From positions 15,037 to 79,036 of the forward strand of contig JACPPC010000008.1 of NCBI GenBank assembly GCA_016191225.1: a stretch of 64,000 bases of DNA, given 5' to 3'. Of the stretch, positions 37,940-46,472 are shown piece after piece (positions within the stretch are counted from its first letter, which is position 1; every line of letters starts with the position of its first letter). Below the pieces are notes generated by a model. That model saw only the letters and a program-made list of their open reading frames with translations. It did no database searches and was not told where the DNA came from. Source of the DNA: Gemmatimonadota bacterium (GTDB lineage Bacteria; Gemmatimonadota; Gemmatimonadetes; Gemmatimonadales; Gemmatimonadaceae). The position numbers and the translations under genes were made by a program.

Positions 37940-39274
37940 ATGCGAGTAAACTCGTTTGTCGTCGCTGTTTCCATCGCCGCAGCTCTTGCGCTCGGCGCGA
38001 CAGTGCTCGCGTTGCCGATGCCGTCGTCGGTCGAACTCTCCGCCTGCGTTTGTTTCGGACTGATTGGGCTACTCTCCCACCTGCTCGCATATCGTACGTC
38101 AGCCAACGCTAGTGGATCGGTCGCGTTTATCCCGTTCCTTGCTGCGATCGTGCTATCGCCAAATGCGGCGGCTGTGGTGTTGGTCGGAATCACGGTTCTG
38201 CTGGTTGAGCTGCGCGCCCGCCGAAGTCTTCTCAAGGGCACATTTAACATCTCGCAGTACACTCTCGCCGCGTCAATCGCGGTACTCGCATTTTCATTGC
38301 TCGGGGGGCGGTCGCCGCTCTTCGAGCGTACTCTAGAATCGTCCGAACTCACGGCCTATTTTATCGCGTTCGGCGCTTTCGTTGTGATCAACAAATTGAG
38401 CGTCAGCATAGTCGTTGCACTCAACGACCGCAGCGAGATTGCTGCAGTCTGGCGACGCGTCACGCAAGGTGCGCTCGCCTACGACCTCCTCTCGCTCCCC
38501 TTCGCCTATGCCTACGCGCGCGCGTACACCGAAGTGGGAGCCGGATGGACGCTCGCTCTGTCAGTCCCGCTGCTCGGAGTCAGGCAGCTTTACCGAACCA
38601 ACTGGCAGCTGCAGCGCACCAGTGAAGAGCTGCTTCAACTCATGGTGAAGGCTATCGAAGCTCGCGACCCATACACGTCAGGTCACTCTAGGCGGGTGGC
38701 CCACTACGCAGTCATCATCGCGCGTAGCGTTGGCCTTCGAGCGAAGCAAGTCGATCGGGTCTACACGGCGGCGATGCTGCACGATGTAGGAAAGATCCAC
38801 GAGGACTTTGCACCGATCCTCCGGAAGCCTTCGTCCCTGACTCCAGCTGAGCGAGCTACCATCGAGAGCCATTCGGAGCGAGGCGCGCAGCTCGTCGCGA
38901 CCGTTTCGCAGCTTGAGGACATCGTTCCGGTCGTGCGACATCATCACGAGAGATTTGATGGGACAGGCTATCCCGCTCGTTTGGTGGCCACGGAAATCCC
39001 CATCGGGGCTCGCATTATCATGCTGGCGGACACAATAGACGCGATGACCTCCGACAGACCGTATCGCTTGGCATTGAGGAGAGACCAGGTGATCGCCGAA
39101 ATCGAGAGAGTCTCCGGAACGCAATTTGATCCGAATATCGTCAGCAGCTTCCTGAGCGGTAAGGGGGTATCGCAGATTTTCGATGCCGTGGCGAGGTTTC
39201 AAGCATCGGAAGAGAATCACGTCGACGGTGACGTACCCACTCCTCGGAGCGTGCGCCTAATTCGCTCGGCGTAG
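37940..39274 (+). CDS. membrane-anchored HD-GYP domain protein (putative c-di-GMP phosphodiesterase)
   Basis: About six N-terminal helices, then HSRRVAHYAV, LHDVGKI and HHERFDGTGYP. Clearly lower GC than host genes. No SD precedes the ATG. Confidence 0.9.
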   Translation: MRVNSFVVAVSIAAALALGATVLALPMPSSVELSACVCFGLIGLLSHLLAYRTSANASGSVAFIPFLAAIVLSPNAAAVVLVGITVLLVELRARRSLLKGTFNISQYTLAASIAVLAFSLLGGRSPLFERTLESSELTAYFIAFGAFVVINKLSVSIVVALNDRSEIAAVWRRVTQGALAYDLLSLPFAYAYARAYTEVGAGWTLALSVPLLGVRQLYRTNWQLQRTSEELLQLMVKAIEARDPYTSGHSRRVAHYAVIIARSVGLRAKQVDRVYTAAMLHDVGKIHEDFAPILRKPSSLTPAERATIESHSERGAQLVATVSQLEDIVPVVRHHHERFDGTGYPARLVATEIPIGARIIMLADTIDAMTSDRPYRLALRRDQVIAEIERVSGTQFDPNIVSSFLSGKGVSQIFDAVARFQASEENHVDGDVPTPRSVRLIRSA

Positions 39275-39305
39275 AGCCGCAATTCAGTTGTCGCTGAGCG
39301 TGAGA

Positions 39306-39336
39306 ACGGACGCTGGTGATCGCGTTGAGCGTCCGT
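39306..39336. terminator. hairpin between convergent HD-GYP and SARP-STAND genes
   Basis: A 9-bp stem acggacgct/agcgtccgt with a 13-nt loop, followed by catttc on the + strand. Confidence 0.4.
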
Positions 39337-39363
39337 CATTTCGGTGCATAGCGCGAACCACTG

Positions 39364-42300
39364 TCATTCCACGTTCAGATGAGGCGCGTGCGCCCGAACG
39401 AACCGGCCGAGATCGCCGCGAGGTGGTCCCATTTGTCGACGAACGGAGAGAACGTATTCGGTTGCCAAGGCGATCGCCGCGTCGACGCCACGCAGGTCCA
39501 CAGCGACGGTCACTGCGGCTCCTACAACATAGTCTACACACGCAGTTCGCCACGCGCCCCGAAGAACGTGGAGCAGCCGCTCCCCGAATTGCCGGATTGC
39601 GGCTTCGTCGGACTCCATTCGAGCAATGTGAACTCGCACTGCAAGTAGAAAGGCCTGGGAGCGGGTTGTGGTCGCATCAAGCTGGGACCAATCATACGAC
39701 TTGACCAGCGCGACACCGCGACCCGGGCGGCCGCTCAACAGCTCGGTGCGGCTCGCGAGAAGAAGAGCGTCGAGCCGGCAGACGTCATCCTCCGTCTGCG
39801 TCTCCCAAATCGCCGAGCGCTGTCGGGCGATATTTGCTTCTGAGACGAGCCCCTCCTCGATCGCAACGGCTCCGGCTAGGCTCAACGTCGAAACGGCGCT
39901 TTGAGGCAGGTTGTGTTTTTCGCAGATCGAGTATGCGTGCTCGAGAACAGCCAGCGCCCGCGACGGTTTGTTGGCGAGTCGAAATGAAAGAGAAGCCGAC
40001 CGGAGAAGGCGCGCGCGCAGGGCGGGGGAGGCTTGCGTCGCGCTTAGTGCAACAATGCTCTCTGCGGTTGCCGCTGACTGTGCCACGTCACCAATCGAAA
40101 CGTCATAGATGAGTTGGACGAGACAGCCCCCTACTGTGTCGCCGCATTGCGCCATAAGACTCGTCGCTAGGCTGTATGCAGATCGCACTTCGTCCACGAG
40201 ATCACCGTTGTCCGCACGCGACAGCCAGACGAATGCAGCGCGCGCGCGATGAGCGACGCTCTTGCTACGATTGCGCGCGAGTGAGCGGGCAGCGTCGATT
40301 ATGGGCGCGTACTGCGCCGATACTTGAGAGCGAGCCTCCAGTAGGACGATGTCGGAAGCGATCAGCTCTGCGTCGGACAGGTCTGATTCGGGTTGCTCAC
40401 GGAGGTATGCGAGCCTGGAGGTCGCGAGGTCCTGCCATCGACCGGCCGAGCTGAGAGCCCCGTGGTACGCCTCCATCGCCTTCGCACGCGACATATGATC
40501 GGAGGCCGAGTCGACTAGATGCCGGAAGATCTCGACGGCTTCAATCGCGAGGCCAAGCCGCACGAGCGCTTCTCCGCTATCGGTCAAGACTCCGCGTGCT
40601 CTCTCGGAGTCGCCGGCGAGTCGCCAGTGATTCGCACAGTCCCATGAGAGGCGAACGTCTAGGCCGTTGCGCGCTTCGCCTTCGAGGTTGCGCGCAATAG
40701 CGCGATGAAGGAGTTGACTGGAGGGAGCGGGGAGGCGAGCAATGCATCGTTTAGCGATCAGTCCGTGGCGCACTTCGACCGTTCCAGCGGTGGAACTGAT
40801 CAATCCAAGTCGGTGGAGGCTCTCAAGCGCGGCCAAGAGCGAGCCCAGCGAACCCCCCAGAACATCCGCGATCCGCGCGGCGAGTGCGTTACGGCCAAGA
40901 AGCGCACCAATCTGCAGGCACTGCAATGCGGTGTCATCGAGTCGGTCCAACCGCTGTTCGATCAGCACTTCGAGAGTTGGCGGTAGATCAGTCGTGTTCC
41001 CGGTGTTCGTCCAGTGCTCCACCAGCGTGTGCGCATACAACGGGTTGCCGTTGGCCACTTCGGCGGCCCGCTCTAGGAGGTGGGGCAGTTCGGGCGCCCT
41101 GTGCCGCTGCACCAAGGCGCCGAGCAATCGCAACATCTCAGGCTCGCCGAGCGCGGGCACACGTACCGCCAGCGACCCGGATCGGCCCGTAACCGCTAGA
41201 GGTAACTCGTCCTGCGCCCGCGCGACGAAGAGCATCGCAACCCGACTGGCAGTCGACCGCTCGATTGTCATCGAAATCAGTTGCGTCGACGCCGCATCCA
41301 TCCACTGCACATCATCAAACCCGATCAGCACCGGCCGCTCGTGGCTCACCGCATCCACGAGGTCCAATACTGCCATTCGCAGCTTCGCCTGCAGCACCTC
41401 CACCTGCGCCGGCGAGTCGGGCAGTGGCTCGCCATCCGGCTCGATCCGCGACAGCCGCTTGAGCGTGCGCAACGCTTCCGGGTCGATTCCCGCGGCACCT
41501 GGCTGCGTCAGCAGGGCGCTCGTCATCTGCTCCAGTGTCGCCAATGGCCGGTCGTGCCAGCTCGGCTGGCACGGCACGATCAGCGCCGTCCAGCCGTCCA
41601 GTGTCGCCTCGGCCGACAGCTCCTGCAGCAGCCGCGTCTTGCCGATCCCGGGCTCGCCCCACAGCGCCGCGACGGCGCCCACGCCCGCCTTCGCGCTCCG
41701 CACATGCGTGCCGATCGTCTCCATCAACTCCTCGCGGCCGATGAAGATCGGCGGACCATCCTGCTCGGCGCGGTAGGCCGGCAGTCGCTCCACGATCCGC
41801 TTGCGCAAGGTGCTGGCCTGCACCTTGAGCTCCCCGGGCTTGCCGTCCATCTGCTGCGTGAACCGGTCGAGCATCGCGATCGCCTCGGCCTTGCTGCCCA
41901 CCAGCGCCTTGGCCTCCGCCACGGTGAGCGTCGCTTCCTCGTTCAGCGGGTCGAGCTCGAGCACCGAGCGCCCCAGCGCCGCCGCCCGGTTCCAGCGCGA
42001 CCGTGACTTCGCCCGCCGGAGGCCGCTCATCAGGTGCGACGCAATCCGCTGGTGCGCCAGGTCGCGCCAGGCCTCGAGCCAGCGCGTGAATCCCGCCGAG
42101 ATCGCCGGCGCGTACCCAGGGAGGAACGCGCACGGCGCATCCTCGTCGAGCAGCCCGGGATCGCTCGCCAGCCGGTCCTCGAGGTCGAACGTCACCCCCT
42201 CGGGAAAAGCGAGGCCGGCCGCGGTCGAGTCGAGCGACAATCCGCGCCGCTTGAGCGTGTACGTGTTCTGCCGCAGGTTATGGCCGGCGCGCTGATACGG

Positions 42301-42492
42301 CACGTCGGGCCAGAGCAACTCGCACAGCGTCTGGCGCGTCACCCGCGCCGGTCGCGCCTCCGCCAGCACCAGTACCACGGCGAACACCAGATCGTGTTCC
42401 GCCCCGAGCCGTCGGCGCCCGATCTCGAGCCGCACATCACCCAGCGTCCGGAGTCTCGTCGTCACCTGTCTGCCCCCTATGCGACCGCGCAC
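39364..42492 (-). CDS. SARP/AfsR-like STAND regulator (winged-helix + BTAD + AAA ATPase + TPR-like sensor region)
   Basis: GTG at 42492. LRTLGDVRLEIG.. is a SARP-type DNA-binding start. A BTAD segment (..LDPLNEEATLTVAEAK..), Walker A GEPGIGKTRLL and Walker B VLIGFDDVQWMD are present. A helical repeat region of roughly 600 aa follows. Confidence 0.85.
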   Translation of the reverse strand: MRGRIGGRQVTTRLRTLGDVRLEIGRRRLGAEHDLVFAVVLVLAEARPARVTRQTLCELLWPDVPYQRAGHNLRQNTYTLKRRGLSLDSTAAGLAFPEGVTFDLEDRLASDPGLLDEDAPCAFLPGYAPAISAGFTRWLEAWRDLAHQRIASHLMSGLRRAKSRSRWNRAAALGRSVLELDPLNEEATLTVAEAKALVGSKAEAIAMLDRFTQQMDGKPGELKVQASTLRKRIVERLPAYRAEQDGPPIFIGREELMETIGTHVRSAKAGVGAVAALWGEPGIGKTRLLQELSAEATLDGWTALIVPCQPSWHDRPLATLEQMTSALLTQPGAAGIDPEALRTLKRLSRIEPDGEPLPDSPAQVEVLQAKLRMAVLDLVDAVSHERPVLIGFDDVQWMDAASTQLISMTIERSTASRVAMLFVARAQDELPLAVTGRSGSLAVRVPALGEPEMLRLLGALVQRHRAPELPHLLERAAEVANGNPLYAHTLVEHWTNTGNTTDLPPTLEVLIEQRLDRLDDTALQCLQIGALLGRNALAARIADVLGGSLGSLLAALESLHRLGLISSTAGTVEVRHGLIAKRCIARLPAPSSQLLHRAIARNLEGEARNGLDVRLSWDCANHWRLAGDSERARGVLTDSGEALVRLGLAIEAVEIFRHLVDSASDHMSRAKAMEAYHGALSSAGRWQDLATSRLAYLREQPESDLSDAELIASDIVLLEARSQVSAQYAPIIDAARSLARNRSKSVAHRARAAFVWLSRADNGDLVDEVRSAYSLATSLMAQCGDTVGGCLVQLIYDVSIGDVAQSAATAESIVALSATQASPALRARLLRSASLSFRLANKPSRALAVLEHAYSICEKHNLPQSAVSTLSLAGAVAIEEGLVSEANIARQRSAIWETQTEDDVCRLDALLLASRTELLSGRPGRGVALVKSYDWSQLDATTTRSQAFLLAVRVHIARMESDEAAIRQFGERLLHVLRGAWRTACVDYVVGAAVTVAVDLRGVDAAIALATEYVLSVRRQMGPPRGDLGRFVRAHAPHLNVE

Positions 42493-42515
42493 TTGGCGAG
42501 CGCGACGTCGCCGGG

Positions 42516-42548
42516 TGACGCTGCAACGACAGCGTCATTTCAGCGTCA
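42516..42548. promoter_or_regulatory. three copies of an 8-mer (tgacgctg / cagcgtca / cagcgtca): candidate operator upstream of the SARP-STAND gene
   Basis: tgacgctg (42516..42523) and cagcgtca (42530..42537) form an 8-bp inverted repeat with a 6-nt spacer. A second cagcgtca at 42541..42548 is exactly 11 nt in phase. The nearest copy is 24 nt from the GTG start. Confidence 0.35.
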
Positions 42549-42652
42549 GCCCGCGTTGGACGGGCTAACATGCAGCAGGTGAACAGGTTGGGCCAGTAAT
42601 CGCGAGGCGGGTGGCAATTCACTGCAAAACCAAAATGACGCTTCGCGGCCGG

Positions 42653-43663
42653 TCAGCTCCCGAGCTTGACCAGCTTCTCCACCGTCACCCCCTCGGCTTC
42701 CGCCTGGAAGTTCAGCACCAGCCGGTGCCGCAGCACGCTCAGCGCCACGCTCTTGATGTCGGCTATGTCGGGGGCGGCGCGGCCGTCCATCGCCGCCCGC
42801 GCCTTGGCGCCCAGGATCAGGTACTGGCTCGCCCGTGGCCCGGCGCCAAAGCTCACGTACTTTCGCACGTCGGCGCTGCTCGTCGGGTCGCTCGGCCGAG
42901 TGCTCCGCACCAGGTCCACCGCGTACCGCACGATCGTGGGCGCGGCGGGAAGGCGGCGCACCAGCCGCTGCAGCTCCTGCAGCTGTGGCCCGCTCAGCAC
43001 CGGCTTCACCACCCCTTCCGTGCTCCCGGTGGTGCTGGTCACGATCAGCTCCTCCTCGTCGCGGCTCGGGTAGCCCAGCCGCAGCTCGAACATGAACCGG
43101 TCCAGCTGCGCCTCGGGAAGCGAGTACGTGCCCTCGTTCTCGATCGGGTTCTGCGTGGCCAGCACGAAGAACGGCTCCGGGAGCGCGTACGTCTTGCTCG
43201 CCACTGTGACCGAGTGCTCCTGCATGGCCTGCAGCAGTGCCGCCTGCGTCTTGGGCGGGGCGCGGTTGATCTCGTCGGCCAGCACGATGTTGCCGAACAC
43301 CGGCCCCTTCACGAACGCGAAGATCCGCTTCCCCGTCCCCTGTTCCTCCTCGAGCAGCTCGGTGCCGGTGATGTCGCTCGGCATCAGGTCGGGGGTGAAC
43401 TGGATGCGGCTGAACTGCAGCGCCAGCGCCTCCGACAGCGTCTGCAGGAGCAGGGTCTTGGCGAGGCCGGGGACGCCGATCAGCAGCGCGTGGCCCCCCG
43501 CCAGCACCGCCGCCAGGAGGTTCTCCACGATTTCCGCCTGCCCCACGATCTTGTGCGCGATCTGCTCGCGCAGCGAGCCGCGCGCCGCCTTGAGCGTCTC
43601 CAGCAGTTCGAGGTCGTGCCGGTCGGAAATCCGTTCGTGGGGAGCGATATCGGTCACGGTCAT
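42653..43663 (-). CDS. MoxR-like AAA+ ATPase
   Basis: ATG at 43663. Walker A GVPGLAKT, LADEINRAPPKTQAALLQAMQE, ATQNPIE and LPEAQLDRF are present. Confidence 0.9.
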   Translation of the reverse strand: MTVTDIAPHERISDRHDLELLETLKAARGSLREQIAHKIVGQAEIVENLLAAVLAGGHALLIGVPGLAKTLLLQTLSEALALQFSRIQFTPDLMPSDITGTELLEEEQGTGKRIFAFVKGPVFGNIVLADEINRAPPKTQAALLQAMQEHSVTVASKTYALPEPFFVLATQNPIENEGTYSLPEAQLDRFMFELRLGYPSRDEEELIVTSTTGSTEGVVKPVLSGPQLQELQRLVRRLPAAPTIVRYAVDLVRSTRPSDPTSSADVRKYVSFGAGPRASQYLILGAKARAAMDGRAAPDIADIKSVALSVLRHRLVLNFQAEAEGVTVEKLVKLGS

Positions 43664-43798
43664 GGGCGGAATCGAGTGGCGAAAGCTACCGCGCGGTACG
43701 GTGCGGCGCCGTTGGCGGCGGCCGGCCCGCCCTACTACGACCACCCGGCCGGGAGTGCTGCGCCCAGCCCACGATCCTTGCGCCGGCGAGCGCCCCGG

Positions 43799-44989
43799 CT
43801 ACGGCGCCGCGATCACGGGGCCGAACAGCACCAGTGGGCGGTTGCTGCTCGTGAGCCTGCCCACGACCACCAGCGGCGCCGCCGGAATCCCGGGACCGCT
43901 CCACTCGGCCGTGAAGGTGCGCGTCTCGAATGGCGCCCAGGTGCGGGAATGGGGGACGGCGACGAACGTGGCCAGCGAACTCCACGTCCAGAGGGTGTCG
44001 ATCCCGGCGCGCACCTGGAAGTCGTACTCCTGGCCGCTCGCGAACAGCACCACGACGCTGTCGGGCGTGGTGTTGGTGATGGTGAGGGCCATCTTGACCA
44101 CGCCGCCCTGCCGCCGGGCGTCAACGCGGCCGGCGAGGGTCGGCAGCGGGAAGGAGGGGGGCGCGGGGACCACCGGCGGCGGGCGGACACCGGTGTCGGG
44201 GCGTGGCGGGAGCGGCGGCCCGGCGTTGGTGAGGCGGATCTCGACCAGCGGAACGGTGGAGGCCTCGAGCACCAGCCGCCGCGTGATGGCCACGCTGCGC
44301 AGGGAGTCCACCCGGCGGTAGGTGAGGTCGAATGCGGCGCGCTGCGTTCCCTGCGTGCAGGTGCCGGCGAGGCCCTCGGGGAGCCGCGGCGCGCGAGGGC
44401 AGGGGTCCCCCAGCGTCGCCTCGCCGATGGTTACGCTCCCTTCGAACGCCACCCAGGCGCGGCGGGCCGCGCGCTCCCACAGCACGCTCCCGGTGGGTCC
44501 CGGCGCCGGGCCTCCCGCCAAGAGGCCGAGCCAGCTTTCACCGACCCTCGACACGCCGGGGGCTGCCCTGACCTCGATCACCTCGTCGGGGGTCGTTCCC
44601 TTCCACAGGAGGAGCACCGGCCTCGTGGCGAGCAGGCATCCCACGGGCGGGGCCGGCGGCGCGGGTGGGGAGGAGTCCGGCGGGGCGCAGGAGAGCGCGG
44701 GGAGCAGATACCGCTGGGCGACGGCCTGGTACTCGCTCGTCACCCCACCCTCGGTGACCCGCACGATGCCGCCGCGGCCAAGGGTGGCGAGGGTGGAGCC
44801 GGCGTCGGCGAAGGGAATCGCGGCGGTGCCGTTCCCCGCCTGCACGAGCGAATCGGCGGTGCGCGAGAGCGCGGCCGCCACGAAGTCGGCGTAGGGGCCA
44901 TTCCCGTCCGGCGCCGCCGGATCACCGCCGGTGCAGGCGACCGCGGCTGCCGCCAGCGCAAGGAGCGAGCGAACCAGGTGACGAGTCAT
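43799..44989 (-). CDS. lipoprotein with C-terminal BsuPI (proteinase-inhibitor I42-like) domain
   Basis: Lipobox LAAAAVAC-TGG. The C-terminus reads LTITNTTPDSVVVLFASGQEYDFQVR..LWTWS. Confidence 0.7.
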   Translation of the reverse strand: MTRHLVRSLLALAAAAVACTGGDPAAPDGNGPYADFVAAALSRTADSLVQAGNGTAAIPFADAGSTLATLGRGGIVRVTEGGVTSEYQAVAQRYLLPALSCAPPDSSPPAPPAPPVGCLLATRPVLLLWKGTTPDEVIEVRAAPGVSRVGESWLGLLAGGPAPGPTGSVLWERAARRAWVAFEGSVTIGEATLGDPCPRAPRLPEGLAGTCTQGTQRAAFDLTYRRVDSLRSVAITRRLVLEASTVPLVEIRLTNAGPPLPPRPDTGVRPPPVVPAPPSFPLPTLAGRVDARRQGGVVKMALTITNTTPDSVVVLFASGQEYDFQVRAGIDTLWTWSSLATFVAVPHSRTWAPFETRTFTAEWSGPGIPAAPLVVVGRLTSSNRPLVLFGPVIAAP

Positions 44990-45071
44990 GACGGTCCCGG
45001 AAGCACGTGAGGCGAGCCACACTGGCTCGCCTCCTGAGACACCGCATCCCGCGCGGGGGTTCACCGCGCCG

Positions 45072-45521
45072 CTACCGCACCGTGAAGCTCGTGCGCTCCT
45101 CGACCGGGTGGTTGGACGAGTTGGTGCTGGCGACGAGCGTGTAGGTGCCGGGCCTGGCCTCGGGCCACGTCTCGCTGTAGGTGACGCTGGCGCCGCGGCC
45201 GAGGGGCTCGTTGCGCAGCACCTGCGTGAACATCTCGCCCCGGCTCCACCGCCAGACTTCCCTGCCGCCGGCGTCGAGCACGGCGAAGTCGTGCGTCTGC
45301 GCGCTGGGGAAGGTGAGCTCGACCACCTTTCCGGTCTTGTTGGTCACCTCGAGAAGGAAGGTGACGACAGGCGCCGTGGTGACATCGACCTTGCCGACGA
45401 CGGCCGCGCTCGCGTTCGCGTCGTGCCGCTGGGCGGTGCGCTCGGCCGCATGCGTGCGGGGTCCGCACGCGTAGACGACCGCGGCAACCGCGAGCAGTGC
45501 GATGACGAGACGCTTGTCCAT
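45072..45521 (-). CDS. small BsuPI-domain lipoprotein
   Basis: Lipobox AVVYAC-G. FLLEVTNKTGKVVELTFPSAQTHDFAVLDAGGREVWRWSRGEMFTQ..PGTYTL closely follows the Bacillus Ipi/BsuPI pattern. Confidence 0.75.
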   Translation of the reverse strand: MDKRLVIALLAVAAVVYACGPRTHAAERTAQRHDANASAAVVGKVDVTTAPVVTFLLEVTNKTGKVVELTFPSAQTHDFAVLDAGGREVWRWSRGEMFTQVLRNEPLGRGASVTYSETWPEARPGTYTLVASTNSSNHPVEERTSFTVR

Positions 45522-45846
45522 CAGGGATGCACCTGGTGCGATGTGCGCGACGCATGCGGTGGCCAACCGCGCGGATCGCGTCACGAATCAAGGGACGGCC
45601 AATTTATTCACAATAGGACGAACTGTCAAACGAGATGTCACCCGCAAGTCGGGTCGCGAACGGGACTTGGGCGGGTCAGCCGGAGTCGCGTGCCGTTCGG
45701 GCGCCGTTCGGTCGCGCGGGCCGCCGGGGGGGCGTCCGGCTCCCCCAGAGTATCGGTCTCGGCGGGGGAGACTGTCACATGGCGGGCGGCGAATCGCACG
45801 GGGCTCGCTTGAATGACGCCTGCGGCGGCCCTACCTTTCCCCGGCT

Positions 45847-46131
45847 ATGCAAGATGGCCCGTCATCACCTGGTCAACCGCCGCACAGGCCGGCGACCACG
45901 CCTGGTGGATCAGGCGGGGTTTCGGCAAGCCGGTTTGCCGGCGTCGGGATCCAGTTCGCGGCCTCGATCCTCCTGTTTCTCTGGCTCGGCCAGTGGGTGG
46001 ACGGGAAGCTCGGGACGGGGCCGTGGGGACTGATCGTCGGGGTATTCACCGGGGCGGGAGGCGCGTTCTACTCGATGTACCGCGGGTTGATGGCGGCGGA
46101 GCGCGCGGACGAGCAGCGCTCGCGGCGGTGA
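45847..46131 (+). CDS. AtpZ/ATPase_gene1-like small membrane protein
   Basis: Two helices (GIQFAASILLFLWLGQWVDGKLGT.PWGLIVGVFTGAGG). It is positioned first in the atp operon. Confidence 0.7.
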   Translation: MQDGPSSPGQPPHRPATTPGGSGGVSASRFAGVGIQFAASILLFLWLGQWVDGKLGTGPWGLIVGVFTGAGGAFYSMYRGLMAAERADEQRSRR

Positions 46132-46472
46132 AGGCCTGGCTCGGCTACGCGGGCGTGGTCGCCGCGACGGTGGTGTCGTTCGGCTGGATCTTCACGGTCT
46201 TCTTCCGGGGCGAGGCCGCCCGGCGGGCGATCGTGGCGAGCGCCCTGGTGGCGGTGGTGGTCCAGCTGGGCGGGTTCGCGATCGCGCGGAGGATGCGCCG
46301 CACGAGCGGAATCGCGGGATGGGCACTCGGTGCGCTGCTCTGCGTCGGGTCGCTGGTGCTGTTCGGATTCATGGTCACACCGCTCGGGCTGCCGATGGAG
46401 CCCGCGCTGCTGAGCCTCGCGACGTTCTACTTCGTGACGGAAACGATCGAACCCCTGCTGCTCAACGCATGA
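46128..46472 (+). CDS. ATP synthase protein I-like membrane protein
   Basis: GTG at 46128 overlaps the upstream stop (GTGA). Four hydrophobic segments. It sits immediately before atpB. Confidence 0.6.
   Translation: MKAWLGYAGVVAATVVSFGWIFTVFFRGEAARRAIVASALVAVVVQLGGFAIARRMRRTSGIAGWALGALLCVGSLVLFGFMVTPLGLPMEPALLSLATFYFVTETIEPLLLNA

Noticed and set aside
42612-42628. Sigma-54-like promoter string TGGCAA-ttcac-TGCA in the MoxR/SARP spacer
   Set aside because: The GG-to-GC spacing is one nt short of the strict -24/-12 geometry. The element also points into the antisense of the MoxR gene, with no + strand gene to drive.
45809-45837. Sigma-70-like promoter TTGAAT-17 nt-TACCTT just upstream of the atp operon
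   Set aside because: The spacing is right, but the -10 element is weak, promoter consensus for this lineage is unknown, and it would leave an almost leaderless atpZ. It is noted but not reported as a feature.
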